The notes beneath the pieces are model-generated. The model was not told the DNA's origin. It did not search any database and was given only the letters and a program-made list of their open reading frames with translations. The translations under genes were made by a program, and so were the position numbers. Shown in pieces: positions 37,311 to 51,459 of a stretch of 64,000 nucleotides of DNA (positions within the stretch are counted from its first letter, which is position 1; every line of letters starts with the position of its first letter). This DNA comes from Octopus sinensis (taxonomy: Eukaryota), in assembly GCF_006345805.1 (NCBI RefSeq), contig NW_021834173.1, positions 1 to 64,000 on the forward strand. Reading direction: 5' to 3'.

Positions 37311-38010
37311 TGATGATGTAGATGAAATTATTGTGTATGATGCTCAGGTGCACTACAACTTATCAAAGTTGCATGTACAGTGCATAGAATTATGTACAAA
37401 AGTCAGGAAAGTGAACAGTGTATGAGTCACGATATACATGTGTGCATGCAGATGGAGGGGGTATATCAGGTGTAGTGTTGGCAAATTTCAGGAAGTATGG
37501 AGGGAGATTTTAAAGGATGCAATGTCTTGCCGACTAACAACTGATGCAGGTAGTTTGTTCCATGCTTCAGCAACTCTGGGTGTGAAAAAATGTTTCTGAA
37601 AGTCATGGGAGCTGTGCTGTTTCTGACATGACCACATGTGTCAGAAACATGGAGCTCAAAAAGGTGCTCAAAGTGGTTGTTGGCAGGATGGTTAATAATT
37701 TTGTGGGTGTTTACCAAGTCAGTTGCCAGATGTCAGAGCTTCAATGTATTAATGCCCAGGGAAGCAAGGCATTCAGTGTATGGTAGATGCCTGATGGAAG
37801 GTATTCACCTGGTTGTACATCTGAACAGTTTTCAGGAGATCAATGTCCTGAGCAAAATAAGGGTTCCAGACTGGTGATGCAAATTCCAAGTGTGGTCGCA
37901 CCATAGCCATATACAACCTTAAATATTTGGCTGGAGAGTGGCTGACAAAGGTCTTGCTGATGCCAAGACACCCTCAACCTTTTTGACAATTTTAAAGATG
38001 TGCTTTTAGA
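37270..38010 (-). mobile_element. CR1-clade LINE 3' end (decayed ORF2, 3'UTR, microsatellite tail)
   Basis: 37919-37821 reads RLYMAMVRPHLEFASPVWNPYFAQDIDLLKTVQ, matching the CR1 LY..LVRPHLEY...W.P...DI..LE.VQ motif. Confidence 0.88.
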
Positions 38011-38267
38011 GGGACCTCTTGTTTTACCTGTCTTTGATGGGGCAAAGCCAGTAAATAGCTTGTTAAAATAGGAAGTGAATGCAGTGCCACTGCTTGTAGT
38101 AAATGACTCTTGTAGAGTTTAAATGTAAGCATACATATATACACATAAATATTAAGTTTCTACCAATTTCCATCTGTCAAATTCACTCATAAGGCTTTGC
38201 GTTGCAAAATGAACATTTTAAACACACACACATGCACACACTCATGTGCGCATGCACAACACACAGA

Positions 38268-38564
38268 CACATGGTTCTAAGTTCTGACCCCTTGAATGGC
38301 AACTTGGTCAAGTGTCTTCCACTGTAGCTCCAGGCCAACCAAAGCCTTGTGAGTTGACTGGGTAGAAGGAAACTGAAAGAAGCCTGTTGTGTATACGCAT
38401 ATATGTGTGTGAGTGTGAGTGTTTGTGTGTGTGTGTGTGTATCCTGCACCACTAATTGGCAACAAGTGTTGGTTTGTTTACCTCCCTTGAACAATTTGCT
38501 GCACCAAACTCTTCAAGACAGAGCCCCAGCATGGCTGCAGTCTAATGAATGAAACAAGTAAAAG
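38268..38564 (+). mobile_element. SINE family A, internally deleted
   Basis: caagtgtcttcc..ccaaagccttgtgagt...ccagcatggctgcagtc..tgaaacaagtaaaaga. Confidence 0.8.
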
Positions 38565-38621
38565 ACATACACACACACACACACATATTTTTGTTTCAAC
38601 TCCACAGCCCTGTGTATATAT

Positions 38622-38663
<42 letters not shown>

Positions 38664-38668
<5 letters not shown>

Positions 38669-38883
38669 CTTTATTGCCCACAGGTGGCTAAACATAGAGG
38701 CGACAAACAATGACAGATAAAGGGTTTAAGTTGATTACATCAACCCCAGTATGTAACTGGTACTTATTTAAAATATCCTGAAAGGCAAAGTCGACCTCGG
38801 CAGAATTTGGATTCAGAACTTAACGGCAGACAAAATACCACTAAGCATTTCGCCCGATGTGCTAATAATTCTGCCAGTTCGCC
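38664..38883 (-). mobile_element. SINE family B
   Basis: tttctttattgcccacagg...aaaggcaaagtcgacctcggc..ctgccagttcgcc. Confidence 0.88.
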
Positions 38884-38890
38884 AATGTAG

Positions 38891-38936
<46 letters not shown>

Positions 38937-39048
38937 ATATACATACATACATACACACCCTTAACACAAACATAAATCAGAAGGAAAAGAATTGGCACTG
39001 AATACTCAAAAAATAATTAATGATCAGTTTGAAACAAGGGCCTACATA

Positions 39049-40008
39049 CAGGCAAGTTGAGACTATGTGCTAAGAAGTTTGTTTCTCACCTACATAATTC
39101 TGGGTTCAGTCCCACTGTGTGGCACCTTGCACAAGTAAGTGTTTTTACTGTAGACCAGCATCGGGGAGCTTTTTTAAACCAATTACCCCAAAATACATTT
39201 ATCTATACTGACATTACCCCCTTGATTTGAAAGGAAGAAAATTATGGATTCTTTAAATTCAAAAGGTTTATTGAGTCTATTTATATGGAGAATACAATTA
39301 TAAATATAAAAAGTATAAAACAAATGCAATAGAATAAATTAACATCCTTATTAGGAAACAAAAGGATTTTTACAGAATCTTCTCACTTCAGGTTTTGGAG
39401 AAATAATGTTTTATTTTTGTTACAACTAAATCAAAATTGGGGCATTTTTGATGCCAGAACAATTTGGATCCAGTCTTTGGGGTCCAATCGATTACTCTGC
39501 TTTGATTTTATGTTTATTAGAATGGAAAATTCTTGTTCACGTGTAGGTTGTTGCAACAGGCAGCAACTTTTCGACTGCCTCTTCATGCCAGGAGAAAAAT
39601 TTCTGTCATAACAAAGAATGCGTTCTTTTTTTTTTTATATAATTTTACTGATGTCTAATGAGTCCACATTACCCACAAGAATATAATTTTTACCCAACTT
39701 GGAGTAATTTATCCCGGTTTACTGACCCCTGCTATAGATTCAGGACAACCAAAGCTTTGTGAGTGGATATGGTAGGCAGAAACTGCAAGAAGCTCATTTT
39801 ATATATTTGCATGCATCTGTTTATGTTTGTCCACTACCATCACTTGACAACTTAGTGGTTTGGCAAAAGATATCGATAAAATAAATACCAAGTTTTAAAA
39901 GAAAAAAAAGAAAAAAAAAAAAAAAGAACTGGGTTTCAATTAGTTTGACTAAACCTTTGAAGGCTGTGCTCCAGCATGGTCACAGTCGAATGACTGAAAC
40001 TGGTAAAA
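39049..40008 (+). mobile_element. SINE family A split by a hAT insertion
   Basis: Head 39049-39147 (gggttcagtcccactgtgtggcacc) resumes at ~39740 (caaccaaagctttgtgagtggat) and runs to tgactgaaac. Confidence 0.8.
39156..39731 (-). mobile_element. Internally deleted hAT-Buster element retaining the dimerisation-domain remnant
   Basis: TSD ctgtagac / ctatagat; ends cagcatcgg / tgacccctg. The - strand at ~39581-39410 reads EAVEKLLPVATTY(fs)EQEFSILINIKSKQSNRLDP.., matching the hAT C-terminal LLPFATTYLCE.GFS...IK.K.RNRL motif. Confidence 0.82.
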
Positions 40009-40677
40009 TTGAATAGGATTATATTTCGCATCTAACCTGAGCCTACAACCAACTCTGGATAGACACCTGGTGATTTGAGGAATATTTGGTTGCTATTTCT
40101 AACAGGTTGAGTGGTACAACATAAAAGCTGCTTCATTGGCTTGTAGAATACAAGCAGTTGATGGTGATATATTTTTATATGATAGTAGGTAGGTGGGTAG
40201 GGTGGAGTAGTGTAGAGGTAGGTCAGGGCGATATATCACATGTGATGGTAAGCAAAGGAACAGGTAAACAGGATGTAAGTTGTTAAATAATTGGCAAATT
40301 AAGAACAAGGAAGATATGGAATGCAGAGTTTTAAGTAATTATATAAAAGAGGTGAGTTTAATAAGGGAAGTAATCTGGGGAAGCGATGAAGGATAGTCAG
40401 AAAGAAAGAAAGAAAGAAATTTTGGTAAGAGATTTTTTTTGTGCAAATTGTCTTGGACCAGAAGATGCCATCCATACAAGAATTTGTAAAAGAAATTTTC
40501 TATTGTTGGTCTGAACTTATTTTGTAAAGACTATGATGGTGGTGATGACAGTGATTGTGTAGATGGTGATGATGATGATGATGATGATGATGATGGTGAT
40601 GATAATTATATGATACAAAGTCTCAGGGCTTAGTGTAAGAGATGTGAATAAAAAGTGCTTGCGTCTAATAGTATTGT

Positions 40678-40740
<63 letters not shown>

Positions 40741-41284
40741 AACACACACACACACAAATATATATATATTATATAATATATATATATATATATATATACC
40801 AAGAAATAAATCTTAGAGATGTATAAAGACAGATGTGTGTGTATGAGAGGGAGAAAGAGAGAGAGTAGCAAGAAGGGTGTTATCAGCAGGGAACCCAGCA
40901 TTAAATTAAGAGATATTTGGGTTATAATTGAAGAAGGAACTGAATAGAATAGTTTGATGGAGGTAAATGGAAATAGAGTTAAAGAAAGCAAAAGCATCTA
41001 ATAAACATATACACAAAAAAAAAAATAAAGTTTTTAGAACCAAAATGATTTTATTAGAATAATCTAAATATAGAATTATTACCTGAAGACAGGTTAACCA
41101 TTTTCTTGCTGTATTTCTAAGTAAATAAATGTATGGCTTATGTATGTGTTTTAGGGAATTTTGAACATAGTAAAGAATTTGAAAAAAATCAGGAAATATC
41201 TTCTAGGTGTTTGGAAGATATTTTTTTTAATAAAAGATTCCTCTATAGGAATGGAAGGCTATAAGTGAAATAAAAAAAATAATC

Positions 41285-41600
41285 CCCTTTGTTCATAAGT
41301 GACCATGGGATTGAACCTAGAAAGTCCACCCCCACCCCCAAGACACAAGTCTGGGTAAGATTGTTTATGGAAGACCAGCAGTCACCCATGCATACCAGCC
41401 TCCCCTCCTCTCTCCATGCCACTGATGTTATTCAAGAGAAAAGCAACGGTTGATACATCTTGGCACCAGTGATGTCACAACACATTTCCACAGCTGAGTG
41501 CACCGGAGCAATGTGAAAAATAAAGTGTCTTGCTCAAGAACTCAACACACAGCCTGGTCCAGGAATTGAACTCACTCTACCTCATGATTGTGGTAGTGAG
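41285..41600 (-). mobile_element. SINE family C-related (alternative tail)
   Basis: cagctgagtg..ccggagcaatgtgaaa..taaagtgtcttgctcaagaac; matches 55375-55592. Confidence 0.75.
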
Positions 41601-43379
41601 TTTGATTCCCGCACCAAGGGGTTTTTTGTATCATGGAACTAGAGGAAAGTTCAAAATGGTTAGCAGTACAAAAAGGGTTTGGTACCAAGAGGCTGAACAA
41701 ACTTTGAGATATTTGTATTTTTAGAGACAGCAACAAGAGTTGTGACTAGGGATGCAATGATTTAAACATTGCAAATGTGTAGCCATGGTGTACACATGTG
41801 TGTAGCCAGGTGTACACATGTGTGTATGTGTGCATGTATATGTGTGAATGTGCATGTGTGTGCATTCTGACCAAGTCAACTTTGCCCTTTATTTTCCCTG
41901 TGCAAGTACATACAAGTGATCAATTGTGTCCCAACCATTTTATAAATCAGTGGTTTTGCACTGCAATAAGAAATCAATATGAAACAATATTGGTAGTGAT
42001 CAATTTATTCTTGTGTTCTTATTTCTACTGGAGCAATATTCCCATTTCAATTAAAAATCATTTGGTGTTCCCCCACCCCCATACAGCTTAGGTCTGACCA
42101 AATTTTTCTTATTTGCAATAATATAAAGACACACCTTTACATTCTGAGTTCAAATGCTGCGAAGGTCAACTTTGCATTCCATTCCTTTGCATACTTTGTG
42201 CAGTTGTGCACTGGGGTTGATGTAATCAGTTTACTCCCTCCCTGGAATTTGGTGGCCTTGTGTCAAAATTCGAAATCAATAATATCACACACAGATGTAC
42301 ATAGATAATCACATAAAATCTTTCATGACTAAATGAAATTGTTTGGGTCTAAAATTGTCTCTTCAAGATATTTAAAGTATTTTTCTTAAAATCATTGGCA
42401 CTATTCCATCATCAAAGATTCATCCTATGGATTTGTTTGTGCCAGATTCTTGTTCAAAACAACTGAAGTTCACAAGATGCAAACAGGAATCTCATTTGAG
42501 AGTAAGAGTTGTCAATTATCTTGAGGCAAAAAAAATTCTGACTAGAAGAAACCTTTATGGCATTTACCTTTAACAAGAATATTTTGATAATACTGAAGAA
42601 TTTTGTGCAGGTGGATTGTGACTTGTTGAACACAAAAAATACAGATGTTACAAGAAACCAAGCATAACCCTTTCCACCATCACTGCATACAATTCAACAA
42701 TGTACTCTCTTCAGATTTCCTCCCTAAAAATTATAACTACCTGTTCAATCTTTTGGTCACTAGCATGAAGCTGACCACCCTTACCAACACCAGAGCTTGT
42801 AGTTCTGTACACTGCATGGCAACTTCAATAATACAGGTGACATGGGATAAAAGCACTCAGTCCACACAGAGAAAGTGGAAGGGCATCCAGTCATAGAAAA
42901 CATGCTAATACAAACTTTGGAGTATGAAGAAGTTTTTGGACACAATGGATCCTTGTCAAACTATCCAACCCATGCCAGTATGGAATTCAGATGTTAAATG
43001 GTGATGAATGAATAAATGAATTAATTACTCAACTTTTATTTTAATGGCTAATTGAAATCAATGATGAAGAACTAACAAGAAAAACACTAGTTTTAAAGGA
43101 AACTTTTCCCAAAGTTCTACAGATGACAATTTCAGAGTTGCAGCACTAATTACCAGCCAATTACAACCAAACCTGTCAAGAAGCAGAACAACAATCAGCA
43201 ATTATAGGTTATAAATCAGAAAGGTGCTTTACTCATTGTTAATAATGTATTTCTATTAAATTAACAAAATCTCATCATCACCAAATTAATGTTTTACATC
43301 ACCATTATCTTACTTTTCAGACATTTCAATCTCATCTCAATCCAAGCCATTGCTTTGTTTGGGAATAATTCCAAGACAT

Positions 43380-43790
43380 ACTAATAGTTCCTTTGACAAG
43401 TGAGAGATCAACAAGAAAGTAGGCCTTGTGAGTTACACAGTAACACGACAAGGTACATTTGGACAGATTTAACAAAACTCAATACAGATAATGAAATGAA
43501 ATCAATAAAAGTGTCGAGGAATCAATGCCTTACACAAGCATTAAAGGCATCAAATTTAGCCAAATACACCACAATAATAAGAAAGAAGAGCAAAAATAAT
43601 ATAGATTTCAAGAATAAGGTTGGAACTGAATGACTTAAGATTAATGTGACCCAAAGAAACAGGAATCTCAATTGAAGCTATGTTCAGTATCTCAGATGGT
43701 AGAATGCCAGAAAGGAAGTGTGTTCTTCTGAGCTTTGATTATCAAACAACTTGTAAAGAATGATGGCTTAGGTTACCGCAAACTGATAAC
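43380..43790 (+). mobile_element. Possible highly decayed RTE-like LINE fragment
   Basis: KVGL..H..TTRY-like remnant; weak. Confidence 0.3.
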
Positions 43791-43991
43791 GCACAGCAAC
43801 AGAAAAGATGTAACTTATAATACAGATGCTGTAAAGATGTGTGTATATATCATATATACAGATGTAACTAATAGCACAGTATGTATATATATATCATATC
43901 GTATAATACAGATGTAAATGATAGTACAGTGTGTATATATCATATAATAGAGGTGTTGTAAAGATGTAACTAATAGTATATTTTATGTGTG

Positions 43992-44039
<48 letters not shown>

Positions 44040-44424
44040 ATATCATATCTATCTAATATCTAATATCTATCTATCTATCTATCTAAAATCTATCTCCAAA
44101 AATTCCATGAGTCTTTGTGTTTATCCAAAATGGAGACGAACATCTTTCCTCCATGTAATCAGTTTGAAGAATTGTAAAGATATTTTCCTATTTTTCTTAA
44201 CATGAAACCAATGATAGCCTTGATACACAAATAAAGAATTTCTATTCACCAGTGAACATATATATATCTTGCAATACATGTATATGATACAGATGTGTAG
44301 TGCAACAAATACAAGGAAAATATATTTTACAACAAATCGTTTGAGAAATTACTGTAAATAAAAGTTTCAATTACAGTCATACCCATATAAATAAGGGCTT
44401 ACAGATAATCCACTTTATTATTCA

Positions 44425-44796
44425 CTAGCACTATGACCCGGCGTTGGCGGGTCATAGTGCTAGTGCATGCATATACAGCTGCATGTGTGCGCACATACAC
44501 GCGAGTACTGTCCAAATCTCAGACCAATCACATACAGCTAGCTGGCATTCAATTGGCGTATCAAGTTTCGGGCATTTTGAATGGGTTTTGGATAGAAAAT
44601 TCACAAAAAAGTCACTTCTATTGATTTTTTTAATGGCTTTGTGGGATGACTGGGAAAATGTAAAGATGTGCACGACCACCCTTGGACGGTTTTGAATGAC
44701 CATAGAAAGTGTGAGCCCTCTAACTGAAAAATTGTGGATTTGTATAAAGGATACACACACACACACACACATTTTGCGTTTATATGTATATATAGA
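44425..44796 (-). mobile_element. Non-autonomous Helitron
   Basis: - strand begins TC(tatatatacatataaa) after an A, ends CTAG before a T, with a terminal hairpin and no TSD. Confidence 0.85.
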
Positions 44797-44824
44797 TAAC
44801 AAAGCCTAATTTAAATGTGTATAT

Positions 44825-45040
44825 ACTCTTTACTCTTTTACTTGTTTCAGTTATTTGACTGTGGCCATGCTGGAGCACCACCTTTAGTCGACCCCAGGAC
44901 TTATTCTTTGTAAGCCTAGTACTTATTCTATCGGTCTCTTTTGCCTAACCGCTAAGTTACGTGGATGTAAACATGCCAACATCGGTTGTCAAGTGATGTT
45001 GGGGGGACAAACACAGACACACAAACATATACACACACAG

Positions 45041-45071
<31 letters not shown>

Positions 45072-45242
45072 CATATATACAACAGGCTTCTTTCAGTTTC
45101 TGTCTACCAAATCCACTCACAAGACTTTGGTTGGCCCGAGGCTAAGGTAAAAGACACTTGCCCAAGGTGCCACGCAGTGGGCCTGAACCAGGAACCATGT
45201 GGTTGATAAGCAAGCTACTTACCACACAGCCACTCCTGCGCC
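44825..45242 (-). mobile_element. SINE family A, full length
   Basis: actcttttactcttttacttgtttcag ... accacacagccactcctgcgcc. Confidence 0.93.
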
Positions 45243-45787
45243 TACATCTTAGTCTTCTATTATTATAATTCCTTTCACATCTAGAATGTTTTGCGAGAAT
45301 AAAAGGAAAACTGATGACGTTATAGAAAGAAACAGCAAAGACTGATTTTAGGAGGCTGAACCTCACAAAGGAGATAGCAGGACATTGTTAGATGTTCAAC
45401 TGAAGAGGACTCTTCCACCCCATGTAGGCAAGGAAAAACAGATGTAGATTGACAATCAGGACAATACACTCTCTATATATAAAAATATATTATAATTACT
45501 ATCTGTAATAATGCAGATTAATAGAGTCAATTGCTTGAGCTTTCAGTAATTAGGTTCATCCATCAATGCCCTGGGGGTTTGTTTCTTTTGTGTGTGTGTG
45601 GGGCAGTGGGTATTTTTCTGAGAATGTTTAGTTGTGTGGTTCAGTTGATTTGATAGAGAATTATTTTAATGATGAAAGGATGAATTCTTAAAGTGGGATT
45701 TGAACTCAGAATGCAGATGTCTACAAGCAAATACTAAAGTTATATTATCCAAGACTTCAATGATTCTATGAATGCACTTACTTCACA

Positions 45788-46688
45788 GCCATGTGGTCAG
45801 TCCCACTGCAAGTTGTGCAAGTGTCTTCTACTGTGGGTTTGAGCCGACCAAAATCATGTAATTGGATTGGGTGGATGGAAACTGAAGGAAGCCCATTGTA
45901 TGTGTGTGCATGTGTGTGTGCACACACGTGTGCGTATGTGCGAGAAGACTCATCAAGCCAAGTGAAATCACAGTCACGACTGATGCTGGTGTCACGTAAC
46001 TAGCATGTAAAAAGCACCTTTTGAGCATTGGGCCTCATGGAGGCATGATGGCTGATGCTGGTGCCACATGAAAAGTGCCTTTTTGAGTGTTGGACCCCAT
46101 GGAGGCAATGACAGATGACTGAGACCTTTAGTATTATGCTATGCTTGAGAAGAAGACCCAGCAAACCAAGTGGAATCATAGTCATGGCTGATAATGGTGT
46201 TACACAGATGGCACCTGTGCCAGTGGTATTTAAAAGCACCCAGTACACTCTCAGAGTGGTTGGCTTTAGAAAGGGCATCCAGCTGTAGAACCCCATGCCA
46301 AATCAGAAACCATACCATAGAACTCCAGCTGTAGAAACCATGCCAGATTAGACTAGAACCTTCCAGCTTGCCAGCCCTGGTCAAACCATCCAACCCATGC
46401 CAGCATGGACAACAGCCTTTAAATGATGATGATGATGATGATGATGATGATGGTATTTTTATATCACTGCTTCCATGGCTTTGTGTTTATCGTTGTTCCC
46501 CATGACCACCATCACTTTACAAGTGATGTTGGTTTGTTTACATCTGTCACTTAGCACTTCAACAAAATGAGGCTGATAGATTAAGTACCAGGTTTAAAAA
46601 TAATCATCGTGGTTGATTTGTTTAACTAAACCATTTAAGGCAGTACCCAAGCATGGCTGCAGTCCAATGACTGAAACAAGTAAATAAT
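45788..46688 (+). mobile_element. SINE A with a family D element (45945-46452) between its head and 3' part
   Basis: A head, then D body ending in (GAT)n, then the A 3' region ending tgactgaaacaagtaaa. Confidence 0.7.
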
Positions 46689-46704
46689 AAAGGGTAACTG
46701 ATAA

Positions 46705-47014
46705 ATATCTATATACACATATATATGAGTGTGAATATATATATATATATATATACACATGCACATATACATATATACACATATACATATATATACATAT
46801 ATATATATAGATACATATATATATACACATATATATATACACATATATATATATACACATATATATACACATATATATATATACACATATATATATACAC
46901 ATATATATATACACCATATATATACACACATATATATATACACATATATATATACACACACACACATATATATATATATACATATATACATACATATATA
47001 TATATATACATACA

Positions 47015-47069
<55 letters not shown>

Positions 47070-47143
47070 ATATATACACAAGTATATACATACATATATA
47101 TATATACATACATATATATATATATACATACATATATATATAC

Positions 47144-47183
<40 letters not shown>

Positions 47184-47201
47184 ATATATATTATACACAA
47201 G

Positions 47202-47233
<32 letters not shown>

Positions 47234-47370
47234 TATATATATACATATATGGATATATATACACACACATACATATATATATACATATAAATATGTATAA
47301 ATAAATGCATACATATATATGCATATGTATAGATTAACATACAATATATATATATATATATATATATACA
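46705..47370. repeat. ~660-bp (TA)/(CA) compound microsatellite
   Basis: Almost uninterrupted alternating purine-pyrimidine sequence; source of the 180-230-aa Y/I/C/V ORFs. Confidence 0.97.
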
Positions 47371-47473
47371 GTAGGTAGGTAGGCAGAAGATACCAAGAGA
47401 GTGAGAGAGAATTTATTGATCACCTCTGCATAAATTGATGAATCGTGATAGGTTGGTCTATGTACATGTAAGC

Positions 47474-47506
<33 letters not shown>

Positions 47507-48199
47507 CTGTATGTGTATCTGTATGAGTATGTATACTCTCTCCCTCCCCCCATGGAATATCAGCAGAGAGAGACAATATTAAGCATTAGGTTGACCTACT
47601 GATCTACAAGATCAAGCAAACCAATTCGGTTCAGCTAGAATATTAATTACAGTTTCTCTCTAAATTTTTTGTTGTTGCTTTTTTTTTGTTTGTTTGTTTT
47701 TTACTGAAAGATTTGCACCTTGTTTCATTTTCCTGCCCTCCCTCTCTCGTTCTCCTGTCCCTCTTACCGACACACACACACACACACACCACACACACAC
47801 TCACATCCATCTCTATCATCCTTCTTTATGTTTTCTCTTTTGCTGCTAGCTTGTTCTTTTTCTTTTTTTTTTTTTTTTTACTGTTTGAGATGTTTTTCTT
47901 TTTTGGGTATTTATTTATATATTTTATTTATTTATTTATTTAAGGTGAAGGCTCTAGGTTCTGAACTCCTTCGGTTGCTTCTTTTTCTTTTCTTTTTTTT
48001 ATCTTTTTTCTTCCACCAGGCTTGCCAGGGTGCTAATTAATATAGTCATTGCAATATAAGTGTGTAGGGGGGGGAGAGATAGAGAGAGCAACAGAGAGAA
48101 ATAGATAGAGAGGGTGGGACGGAGGGGCAAAGGAAGGGAAGGAGGAAGGAAGAGAGGAATAGAGAAGCTGTTATCTTTTAGGCTTTCTACTTGCTCAAA

Positions 48200-48710
48200 C
48201 AACCCCACCCCAACATTACGCACCCCACCACCCCAATCCGTTGTCCTCACCACACCCTCCACCCAAAACATCACATCACATCACATCACATCGCATCACA
48301 CCATTGCCGCTTCCATCAACACCGTTGCCACTTATTGCAATTCTCTAAACCCCACCACCACCACCACCACCCTCTCTCCACCCCCACCCCGCCCAACACC
48401 CACCACCGCACCCCACTCACCTACCACAACATACGCTTCCTCCCTTCTCTATCACCACACCTAGCACCATCACTACCACCACCACCTCAATCCCAAAACA
48501 TACGCACCAAGCACCAACATCACACCACCACCACCAACAATAACAACTACCATTACTATTGCCACTACCAACACAATATCTCACTACACACACACACATA
48601 CATACACACCTAGTACCAACACTACCTCCATCATCACACCTAACACCACCACCACCATCACCACCACCACTATTATTACAACTACCACTGCTGCTGCTGC
48701 TACCAGTACC
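48200..48710. repeat. C/A-rich low-complexity tract ((CCA)n, (CACAT)n)
   Basis: Visible simple repeats. Confidence 0.85.
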
Positions 48711-49675
48711 ATTTGTATTTAGAAACTTTCATATAGATGCTATGCTACCAGAAAATAATCTTGCAGCCTCTTCATATGAACCAAAAGAATTACCTCCTAT
48801 CTGTCCAATGACTACACACACACACACACACACACAGCTACCGTTCTATATACTGCATCTTTTTTCCATCAGATCATTTTGCTTAGTATAGCTTAGCTTA
48901 GCACCGACAGTTCTAACCCAGAAGAACCAAAAACAACAGCAACAATAACAACAACAACAAAAACAAAAACAACAGCAGCATGATGATAGTAAACGTTGAG
49001 CCTAAATAAGGTATTCTCAATTATGGTAAATTGGTACCACCTCCGGTGTGTCTATGGAAAAGAATTACAATGAGTGTGTGTGTGTGTGTTAGGGAGTGAA
49101 TGAGTGTGTTTGCATAACAACAATTATGCAAAAATAAATGTGCTTATATATGTATGTATGTATATATACACACAAATAGGCAATGCATATACAATGATAC
49201 AATGCATTCCCATACAACAGGTGCACAGACAATATAAATGCATACAACCTATGTGCATACATTAAATGTGCATTTGAAAGGCATGCACACACTATATGCA
49301 CACAGTAATTATGCATATTAGAGATTCACGTTTGGTACATATGCACACATATATACATACATGCACAATATATGCATGCTTAAAATACTGTGCACGCTTT
49401 ATATGCATTTCAAAAAAATATACATGCACCCATGACATGCACTTAAAATGCATGCATTTGTTATATAAACTTCAACTACATGTACATGCATGCATGTGCA
49501 GACATACACAACTGCACATCTACAGATGCAAAAATTCTTATAATGCAATGCAATATTCCTCAGTATTTTTGTTTTCCATATAATCAAGAATTCTCTTTTA
49601 GAATTATGATTCATGAAAATTCTAAGACCAACACCACTACCACCACTACTGTTGCCACCACTAAAACCACCATCA

Positions 49676-49709
<34 letters not shown>

Positions 49710-50757
49710 TTAAAAAATGGTTTCCTAACTGAAAATACTTAAATCAGGCAAGCTAATGCAAAGAAAAACAAAGGCAACCTTTAACCATAGAAGCATTTTT
49801 ACTGTACAGAGCATATCTTAGAAGATCTATACCTATTGATTACATGTGTCTGCTACCGCTACTGCTGCTGTTGTTATAATTGTTTAGTCCCAGGTGAGCC
49901 CTGAACAAGATAGACCTATGATCAAAAATGTTACAGCTGTAACCATCCTATCTTTTATTCAAATATAGTATATCTAGGACTTCACTATATAATGTATAGA
50001 ACAGTCTTTATTATTAGTGATTGTAGCTGCTGTTTAATTCCAGGTCAGTCTTGACCTAAAAGGCCTACAATCAAAATAGTTCTTGCTGTGGTCATTTCAT
50101 CTTCTATTCAGGCATAGTTTATCAAGGACTAGATTATCCAAAGTGATCCTTCCTTGTTTAAAGACAGTGAGGTATAATGTGACAAGGTTTTGACTGCTAT
50201 TTCTAAAAAGCAAACAACCACATAAGCAGTTCCTTGTTGACTTATATTGATTACAGGTGTAAAGAAAAAAAAAAGTGTTAAAATATGTATTTACTGCTAT
50301 CAAAGGTGAAGGTTGATACAACACCTGTGCACCTAATTTACTGGAAGCCAATCCTGTCTGAATATAAATGAAGTAACCATTTAAGTAAATTAATTACTTT
50401 AATTATACTATTTCCCCCCATCTCCTCTGCCCACCTCTTCCTAATTTTGAGAGAGTAAAGTCAAAAATAATTTTGATTACCATTTTATTGTAATATCTAC
50501 AGTTGTTGTTACAGTGAAGTGTATGCATGCACATACATACACACACATTCATGATATTGATCATCATAACTATCATCAATGTTCAAACATCCATTTTCCT
50601 ATCTTAAGAGGGGTTTGATGGGTTTGTTGCACAAAATATCACCAACTTTCTTACTTAGTCTTTTAATAATCTCCCCTATGAGACCAAGCACCAAATCAAG
50701 AAAATGGAATTCTTTTGCATATTCAACAATTTTTCGAAGACGGTATATTGGTATTTT

Positions 50758-51019
50758 AGTGGAGGCGCGTGGCTTAGTGGTTAGGGTGTCAGCATCATGA
50801 TCATAAGATTGTGGTTTCGATTCCTGGACCAGGCGACACGTTGTGTTCTTGAGCAAAACACTTCATTTCACATTGCTCCAGTCCACTCAGCTGGCAAAAA
50901 TGAGTAATGCAGCGATGGACTGGCGTCCCGTCCAGCGGGGGAACACATACGCTATTGAAACCGAGAAACCGGGCCCATGAGCCTTGGCTAGGCTTTAAAA
51001 GGGCACATTTATTTTTTTT
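50758..51019 (+). mobile_element. SINE family C (tRNA head), young copy
   Basis: A-box tggcttagtgg, B-box-like gtttcgattcc; perfect 14-bp TSD tatattggtatttt (50744-50757, 51020-51033). Confidence 0.93.
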
Positions 51020-51459
51020 TATATTGGTATTTTGAGATTTGAGGAAGATTTGGCTGCCTGTTCTTGTCTGTCAAACAACTACGCAGAGATTTCATCACTC
51101 GTAAAAATGTTTCATGCAGAAAAAATAAAAACTTTGAATGACGATAGATAAAAACAATTCTGAAATTCTGCAATACAACACCAACAGCATTAAAACCAGT
51201 TTTATAAAAATAAATGATTTTATCATCATTATGAGATTGATGCAGCAATAATTCCAGAAATATTCTGACTACCAGAACGCATACCATTTCCAGTTATACA
51301 CAAAACAAAACATTCATAAGAGTGATAGTTTTATACTGTACATAGATGATACATTAAAAGTAAAATAAAACAGGTATTCATTGAAATTTACAGGAAATGT
51401 AGGCTTTCATAAATAAATAAAATATAGCAATATAAAACATGTAAATATCATACATGTAT

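Noticed and set aside
42360-42760. Possible LINE RT remnant (VVNYLEAKKIL..)
   Set aside because: Too degenerate to assign by eye.
46594-47344. Y/I/C/V/H/T-rich ORFs (also at ~900-1300, ~5900-6500 and elsewhere)
   Set aside because: Dinucleotide microsatellite translations.
50758-50835. tRNA gene
   Set aside because: The A/B-box head continues into a SINE body with a TSD; no clean cloverleaf. The same holds for family A and B heads.
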